Source of the DNA: Trichodelitschia bisporula
Lineage: Eukaryota
Direction: 5' to 3'
Assembly (NCBI GenBank): GCA_010356995.1
Contig: ML996698.1
Span: forward strand, 62,001-118,378
DNA: 56,378 nucleotides
In this document: piece after piece, positions 50,044-56,378 of the stretch
Layout of the letters: every line of letters starts with the position of its first letter
Position numbering within the stretch: position 1 is the stretch's first letter
Position numbers and translations under genes: made by a program
The notes under the pieces: generated by a model
What the model was told of the DNA's origin: nothing
Database searches by the model: none
The model's input: the letters and a program-made list of their open reading frames with translations, nothing else

Positions 50044-50457
50044 ATGTATCTCAAATACAACATTCTCTACGCGTGCGGCCACCGTGCCACCACCGCCACC
50101 CGCCGCATGAGCCAGCCTTCTCCTGCCTATTCTTTCCCTCACGCAGATGAAGGGGCAAGAGTATCAGGAATACGCTGTTCCCGAACCATTGCCTGCACGC
50201 GACTTGCACCCACATTCAAAGTGGTCAGTGACGACGAGCCTACCTTCAGCGCCCCCAACAGTGGGGCTTCTCCTCAACCAACGCAATCTTCCACCACGGC
50301 GCCGCTTATGCCGCCGTCGCGTTCCAGTTTGCGGGGCGGACGGCCCCAGCTTGACAAGCGCTGGGACACTATCACGGTGATTCCCCGCTCGCCGGGCGAC
50401 ATGAAGGAGAACACTCTTCTCGAATTCGCAATCGCCGGGGAGTCCTCGCCTCTGTAG
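50044..50457 (+). CDS. Small hypothetical protein (N-terminal YACGH)
   Basis: The ATG has good context (atcATG) after a pyrimidine-rich leader, and MYLKYNILYACGH resembles the start of small fungal hypothetical proteins. No other support. Confidence 0.3.
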   Translation: MYLKYNILYACGHRATTATRRMSQPSPAYSFPHADEGARVSGIRCSRTIACTRLAPTFKVVSDDEPTFSAPNSGASPQPTQSSTTAPLMPPSRSSLRGGRPQLDKRWDTITVIPRSPGDMKENTLLEFAIAGESSPL

Positions 50458-52436
50458 CCGGCAGCTTAGTGACATTCCTCGTCCGCAGCCTGTGCCCCTG
50501 CGATAACACCGATGTTGTCGCTGGGGATCCGGACGATTTGTCTCTGCCGACTGAAGATGGCGTCAACTCTCAAGGGCTGGCAGCCGTCCCCATGTCGCTC
50601 TCAGCCATCGTGGACAGTGAGGCCCCAGGGCGCAATGGAACGACGGTATTTGCGGGCGCTTCTTTCCAACGCCGTTCCATCTGCTTGAGTTACCTGGCCT
50701 GTCGACCCACCGGCCACACCGGCCTCACTGGCCCCCGCCCGCGGCGATTACTGGAAGAGTATTCGCGCCAACCAGCTGCCGGCTTTCCGGTCTTCGTCGT
50801 CCGCGTCCCGCCTCACACCCACCAATTGCATCCCCATCCGGGGATGAAGTATAGAGGCGGCAGTGCAAAGTCCGTAGTTTGAAGCAATGAAACGCTTCCC
50901 CAGGACCCTGCCGTTTGCAGCTAGTCCATCAATATAAAAGGGTTTCTTGCCTGCTCAACAGCAATCTCCACAGCAAAAAATCTCCTTCGCAACACATCAC
51001 TCTCTTCATCAAATCCTTCAACACTACATCCTACTTTTCCCCAAATTCCAAAGCATCCCTTGACGCTTTGACAAGATGTCGTTCAACTGATCTCGCTCAA
51101 GGCTGTATACATATCGCACTCAACTGCACAAGGAGAACATCTCAAACCAGTACCGGGCCGCTCGTTATATCACACCACCAGCGAAACAACATCAGGGGCC
51201 AGGCGGTTGCTCCGCCACGCTTATATTTAACAACCCCGGATGTCATAAATGCTCTTCTTCGACGCAATTCTCCTGCTCTGGCTGGGGCCCGAACCCCGCC
51301 CATATATACCGATGCGGGGCCTCCCCAGAAATGGAGATGCTTCGCAAGAAGGATGAACCCCGCAATCTTGTGTCTTCCTCTAGACCGAGGGGGGATGTAC
51401 CTCTGTCTTCTTCCTCATTTCTTATGCCATAAGGCTGGCGGCGTGGGCGCTTCTATAACTGGTTATATATGGACTCCGGAGCCGTCCATTTCGTCCCATG
51501 GCTGGCGTTGCGGAGGTATAGTTCTAGAGCCTCAAGAGCTGGTTCTCAACGCTGGCCATGGTGCTGGTGTCATAACAACAGATCTGCCACACCTTACGTC
51601 AACCCACTTCATACAGCAACAATCAACTCCCAACACCTCCAAACGCATTTCAACATCAAGAAAGTGTAAGCCTGATCCTCAAACTACTCAGTCTGGTTAA
51701 GGAGCTCATTCGAACAGGACACCATGCGAAATGGCCCGGCTCGGACGCTCACGGGCATGGCTGAGGTCCCGGATGCACGAAACCTGTGGCCAAAGCGCTG
51801 CTCGTGAGGTTGTAACCTTTTGTATAGCCCGTGCAGTCGATCTGCCTTGACAATCAAGACTTCTACCGCAAATCGAGAACTCTCCACAAGAACGCTGCAC
51901 TCTTTCTACGATATGACGACCTTGAACCCGGCCGGCCTTTGAACGGTGAGAGATTCGAGAAACCTGCCTATAAGTTTGCTGACGACCAGAGTCGCAAACT
52001 TGTCCGGCGGGCTATCTGCCAGTATCTTCGAATCGACAACATCCCTGCCTGGCAGGTATGCGAGTCATACCTTAGGTGGGAGGTATGGATGCCGGCAGAT
52101 GAGGCCATTCAGCTCTTCCGGGTCGGGCCTGATGGGAGGGTCTTCGCGGTTGCCAGTGATGGGTTGTTACAGGAGCTTCATGCGAATTCGAGGTCTCCTT
52201 GCGAGGCGTACGAGGAACAATGTCTCTGAGGTCAAACTGGTGTTAAGTTTTTCTGTTTTTCTCGGGACGGGTGGGACCTGGCGTTGGTGGCTGATTGAGC
52301 TATCCATGGGTGATGCTTACTTACCCCCACACAGATGTCGTTCCTCCTTGAGCTCGCCAAGCGGGCTCTCCGCGTGGCCATTCCCCGTAAGTAGCAGTAA
52401 ACGCATTTGATTCTTTGCGGCAGTGCTAACGAGCTT

Positions 52437-53570
52437 CAAGTCGACCGGCCTTCCCTTGAAAAGGAGAACACTAACGAACTGTTTCGAACCAAAGCTTGCA
52501 GCCGGTCGTTCTCTCCCCCCGATGCGACATGGGAAGAACTAATCGACGAAGACCCCACAGGGAGCTTTGTCTTCAACTATACCAAATCTACGCAAAGCCT
52601 TGTCAACAGCGGTCTCGCTGAGTTCCTCTTCGACCGCATCGAGAAATCGGAAATGGGAACAGCATCCACACTCACTCTCAACTCTCCGACCACAGTCATT
52701 CACTCAAACCCACCACCACATCGTATACATGGTTTCGACCGGCTATATATTGGGCGGGCACCTCCGCAAAACACCTTCCAAGCATCGTGGCCATTATACC
52801 ATTGTAGCTAAGCGCTTTCTTCATTAGGCACATCATTCGCCGCACCGTCTGCCCCATTGAGCTGGAGCGGCGGCCAGTCAAGCGTTACTGCGTCCGTGCG
52901 GTGGAGCAGTAACACGTCTTCGGACGTCTTCGCCGGCCGAAGGACCCCCTAAGCTCCGCCTCGTGGACAAGACTATCATCACCCACTTTGTTCACGACTA
53001 CTTGCGTCCGTGCGGTGGAACACTAACACGTCTTCGGACGTCTTCGCCGGCCGAAGGAGCCCCCAAGCTCCACCTCGTGGACAAAAACATCATCACGCAC
53101 TTCCTTCACGACTACTACAATGACCCGGACAACCCTTTGTTCGCGACTCTCTTGCCGACGGGGCCAGACTGGCCACACGCTCTTGTGTGGATCTTGAAGT
53201 GAGGGTTGCTCCGGCTTCAAACCCCTCCATCTTCGAACCCTTTTCCTCCACCCACCTCCGGTTCGGCCTCTGCGTCCACGTCCGATTCCGCTTCCGCTTC
53301 CAAAGAGGCATTTAACAAAGCTGGTAATGAGTTCTACGTTCATCGAAGGCTGCTCGTCGTCAATCCAGATAAGGCGAGCACGGCGTATAGAAAAGATGCA
53401 ACCGTCTTTCCGGGACCTAGACAGTGGCTATCCATGCAATATAGTTTGCGGTATTCAAAAGTCGTCCGATCCGACTTGCGGGAGTTCTAAGAGCACCTGC
53501 GTGGTGGATATTTAGAGGAAGATATATAGCTGGGTTGCCTAAACCTGCGCCCGGGTCGCCGGTCCAATAA
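52437..53570 (+). pseudogene. Decayed gene of unknown function with in-frame stops and an internal duplication
   Basis: ORFs 52963-53202 and 53206-53490 share a frame and read through single stops: ...VWILK*GLLRL...SDLREF*EHLRGGYLEEDI*LGC. The upstream segment DATWEELIDEDPTGSFVFNYT also looks protein-like. Confidence 0.45.
52889..53116 (+). repeat. 114-bp direct tandem duplication (38 codons)
   Basis: tgcgtccgtgcggtgga...cacgtcttcggacgtcttcgccggccgaagga...ttcacgactac starts at both 52889 and 53003. Confidence 0.93.
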
Positions 53571-54530
53571 GTATATAGCAACAGCGTACCGTGAGACCGC
53601 TTACGGCTTCACTTGACGTCACTCCACTTCATAGCAATGCAGCTGCTCTAAAAGTTTTGACTATGTGTTTGCTAATATATCTTTCCATAATGCCATGTCA
53701 ACACGTGAAGTCACTCTGCCATTCAAGCAGCCTCTTAAGCCCCCGATACCATATGCCATGGAGACAACGGGACGACGCCGTCGACTCCGGAGCCGGTCAA
53801 AGGCGATGTCGTGATCCACCATCATCAACACAGCTTCCCGCCGACTCGCCTGCTCCGTAGGGCGCGGCGTCGCGCCCTCCTCTCTTCGCTCCCACCCGCA
53901 ATCTTGCCACGACACGCCGGTCGTTAAGTGTGATCCTTCTCGACAGACATCCGCAACATGCCTCGTTCTTAGAGGCCGGGCTTGGGGCTGAGAACACATT
54001 CTTCCAGAGAGGGAGTATCAAGCGGGGTCTTTAGGATATGCCTTTCGGCAAAGGAAATGCCAACATAGAGCAGTGGATGTGAGGATTCAGGTAGAATAGT
54101 AAACAATCGTCATGTCTCAAATCCCAGAAACTGTGCTCTGTAATCATTCGCATCACCGTCGGTCTTGTTAAAATGAAATCCGGAGTACTCCACCAGCATA
54201 CAGCCTTCCTAAAGCGCCCACCAAACCCATCACCAGCATTCTGATATTGTAAGTTCCTGTATCACTTCGCGCTCAGTATCTTTGCTGCCGGTATCCATTA
54301 ACGCTTGGGATTGCTTACTTCCGTTGTCTTGTTTCATCGTATCTTTGGCTCGACGCCACTCCTGTTTCATATTTCCTATATGGTACGAGCTGCCCATATG
54401 GGACACTCGACAGTTCAGTCTACATCAATCAACAGAAACCTTTGTTTCATCTGTTCTCAGCTTCTCCAGTCCAACACCTTCAGCCTTCGCCATGTCGTGT
54501 CCACCAAGTCCTTTTGGCAAAAAAGCAAAA

Positions 54531-54648
54531 ACATACAACAGTTGGGATTCGCTGCTGGTCACCCACGCAACTAGTAGTCAACCGGTTCAAAGCTTAACTT
54601 CAGTGAGCAGACGGGGACTGGTGTTCTCTTCGACCTGTGGCCGTATGT
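54531..54648 (-). rRNA. 5S rRNA gene, divergent type (copy A)
   Basis: 118 nt, ACATACGGCCACAGG...GAGAACA..CCCGTCTGCTC..TTAAGC...GGGTGACCA..GCGAATCCCAACTGTTGTATGT. The 5S helices can pair, an oligo-T Pol III terminator follows, and a TATA-like TATTATT lies about 25 nt upstream. Confidence 0.9.
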
Positions 54649-54986
54649 GGTGGGCTGTGTTGCCAGTTGAATAATAGCTAACGAAAAAAATGGAAGCATT
54701 GTCAAAAGAAGTGTTAAGTCTCCGAGCGAGAGCGTTCTTGGGTTGGAATAGGGGACGTGCGTTAAGCTGCGAAGCATCTGCCCTCGATCACCCGGCTGAG
54801 AAGAAAGCTTCACGGGCCGCCTGAAAAATTATCATGGCCATCTCGCCTGGCTGATTTTGCAGACGGGACAGCTATGACTTTTTCGGCTGGTCCTTCGGCC
54901 AGAGTGTCGGCTTACATTAAGCTTCGGAGCTCCTCCCGCTGAACGAGCCGATCAGCAAAACTTCCGGGGTGTAAAAAAGACAAAAA

Positions 54987-55104
54987 ACATACAGCAGTTG
55001 GGATTCGCTGCTGGTCACCTATGCAACTACTAGTCAACCGGTTCAAAGCTAAACTTCGGTGAGCACACCGGAACTGGTGTTCTCTTTGACTTGTGTCCGT
55101 ATCC
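54987..55104 (-). rRNA. 5S rRNA copy B, possibly a pseudogene
   Basis: 118-nt paralogue of copy A with an oligo-T terminator; it carries unpaired substitutions in helices I, II and IV. Confidence 0.8.
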
Positions 55105-55571
55105 TTAGCTCAATGAGGAAAGTGCTAGAATCTGGACTAGCCTATATATTGTCATCCTTGCTAGCCAATGCTTTCCTCCGTCTTGCCGCCAAATTCAGCG
55201 CCAGATTTCCTTCGATTGGAAATTACTGACGCGCTAAGTGATTTTGGATGGGCAGTAACATGTGCTCGTCCTGCCTTCCGCATTGAGCCACAACGCCTCG
55301 CTTAAATCGCCCCGTCTTCGGCCTGTCGCCGGTTCCCCTTTCCAGAACTGGCCTGGTGGGACCTGCAAGCGAAGTATCATGAGTATCGGGAGGATCATAT
55401 CTCAATCAAGCGGGCGCGCCTGTAGGGACCCCTGTTCCGTCTCCGCAGTGTCAGCTCCGCCTAACGTGACTCAGGCAACACTATCCCGCACTCCGATTCT
55501 CCGAGTGGGGTCGCTAGGGGGCTAAGTGTGGGGTTGTTCCGTGGTGAGGGAAGGGAAGACGAGCTGAGGCA

Positions 55572-55671
55572 GTGGCGCAGGTGGCGAGTGGGTTGGTGGC
55601 ACGGGTTAAGTTGGTGGCGCGGGTGGAGTTGGTGGCGCGGATGGAGATGGTGGCGCGGGCAGAGGTGGCGC
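55572..55671. repeat. 18-bp minisatellite, about 5 degenerate units
   Basis: gggttaagttggtggcgc / gggtggagttggtggcgc / ggatggagatggtggcgc and flanking degenerate units. Confidence 0.8.
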
Positions 55672-56156
55672 TCAAGAATCGGGCTCTCTGTGTAGGGTCT
55701 CAGATGACAAAGATAGGATTATCTGCCTAGCATCCTAACGCAGTTTCACGTCTTTATCAATGGAGGCTAATGAGAGGACATGGTGTACGTAACCGTCTCC
55801 CTTTTCCGGCTTTGATCAGGTTGAGCCAGGGGCTGGTCCCGTCTTCATCAACGCTCTGCTCGACGTAAGAACTGGGAGTGGAAAACTTTAAGCACAGCCA
55901 CTACATTCCATCATGCCTTCTCTGTGCACTGAAGGAATGGTTAATTCCAGATGTTTCCAGATCCCCTTTGCATTGAAGCCATTACTTCACTGATCTGGCG
56001 ACATTTCTGTACGCCACTGTTACCATTTGCTAGTGGAGTGCTTGATTCAAAGTCGTACCATTCCCATTTGTAATCCTTTGCCACTTTCACTCTCAAAAAG
56101 GTATAAAAGGGCTAACACCACAACGGAGGTGGGTGGGGAGGAGTTTAAGAGAAATT

Positions 56157-56378
56157 TTAGCAAATGAATTCCATGAACACTACTCGACCAGACCGACATC
56201 CCAAGCCAACCTTACCCTCGTGGACAGCGACAGCGACAGCTCTCGTACTGCGATACTCGACTGGAAGCCAAAGAAGCTTTTCCGTGCCTATGGCTAGCCA
56301 TTGCTCCTGGACAATGATGGACCGTGGAAGATTCGATGCCGACGCCAGCCGCTTGCCGTCCGGCGAGAAGGCCACGGC
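56157..56378 (-). CDS. 3' end of a WD40-repeat protein, probably NACHT-WD (HET-E/NWD-like); the gene extends off the right edge
   Basis: WD repeat AVAFSPDGKRLASAS followed by a tail typical of fungal NACHT-WD proteins, W....EKLLWLPVEYR...VAV...VGLGCRSGRVVFMEF. Confidence 0.75.
   Translation of the reverse strand, partial: AVAFSPDGKRLASASNLPRSIIVQEQWLAIGTEKLLWLPVEYRSTRAVAVAVHEGKVGLGCRSGRVVFMEFIC

Noticed and set aside
50915..51700. 261-aa ORF
   Set aside because: It has a non-ATG start and spans a TATA-like box and pyrimidine-rich leader-like DNA. No domain was recognised.
54650..54985. Possible snRNA or tRNA between the 5S copies (Sm-like AATTTTT, T tracts)
   Set aside because: I found no diagnostic U1, U2, U4, U5 or U6 motif and no tRNA cloverleaf by eye. 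An Infernal scan would settle it.

Overview
This is intron-rich genomic DNA from a filamentous ascomycete (Pezizomycotina); most introns are about 43-60 nt with CTRAC branch points. Conserved genes in order: nuc-2/PHO81 (5' part only), exportin-1 CRM1/XPO1, an SH3-RasGEF CDC25, PSF2, ALG10, a Pirh2-like CHY/RING ligase, CHL4/CENP-N, the sulfur bZIP metR/cys-3, RQC1/TCF25, a GT62 Anp1/Mnn9/Van1 mannosyltransferase, two divergent 5S rRNA copies and the 3' end of a WD40 (probably NACHT-WD) gene. Three duplication-built loci are not obvious from the ORF track. (1) 26.9-31.1 kb holds five tandem paralogues of an unrecognised ~120-130 aa protein, two intact and three disrupted. (2) 32.8-36.1 kb can be spliced into one 976-aa acidic protein whose six introns are homologous 73-74 nt phase-2 copies of each other. 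(3) A ~45-50 aa repeat follows the RQC1 domain, decays through three frameshifts, and reappears in the next gene downstream. The 14.7-19 kb and 48.6-54.3 kb regions contain only fragmentary, stop-interrupted reading frames. All gene calls come from manual recognition and splicing; no database search was run.
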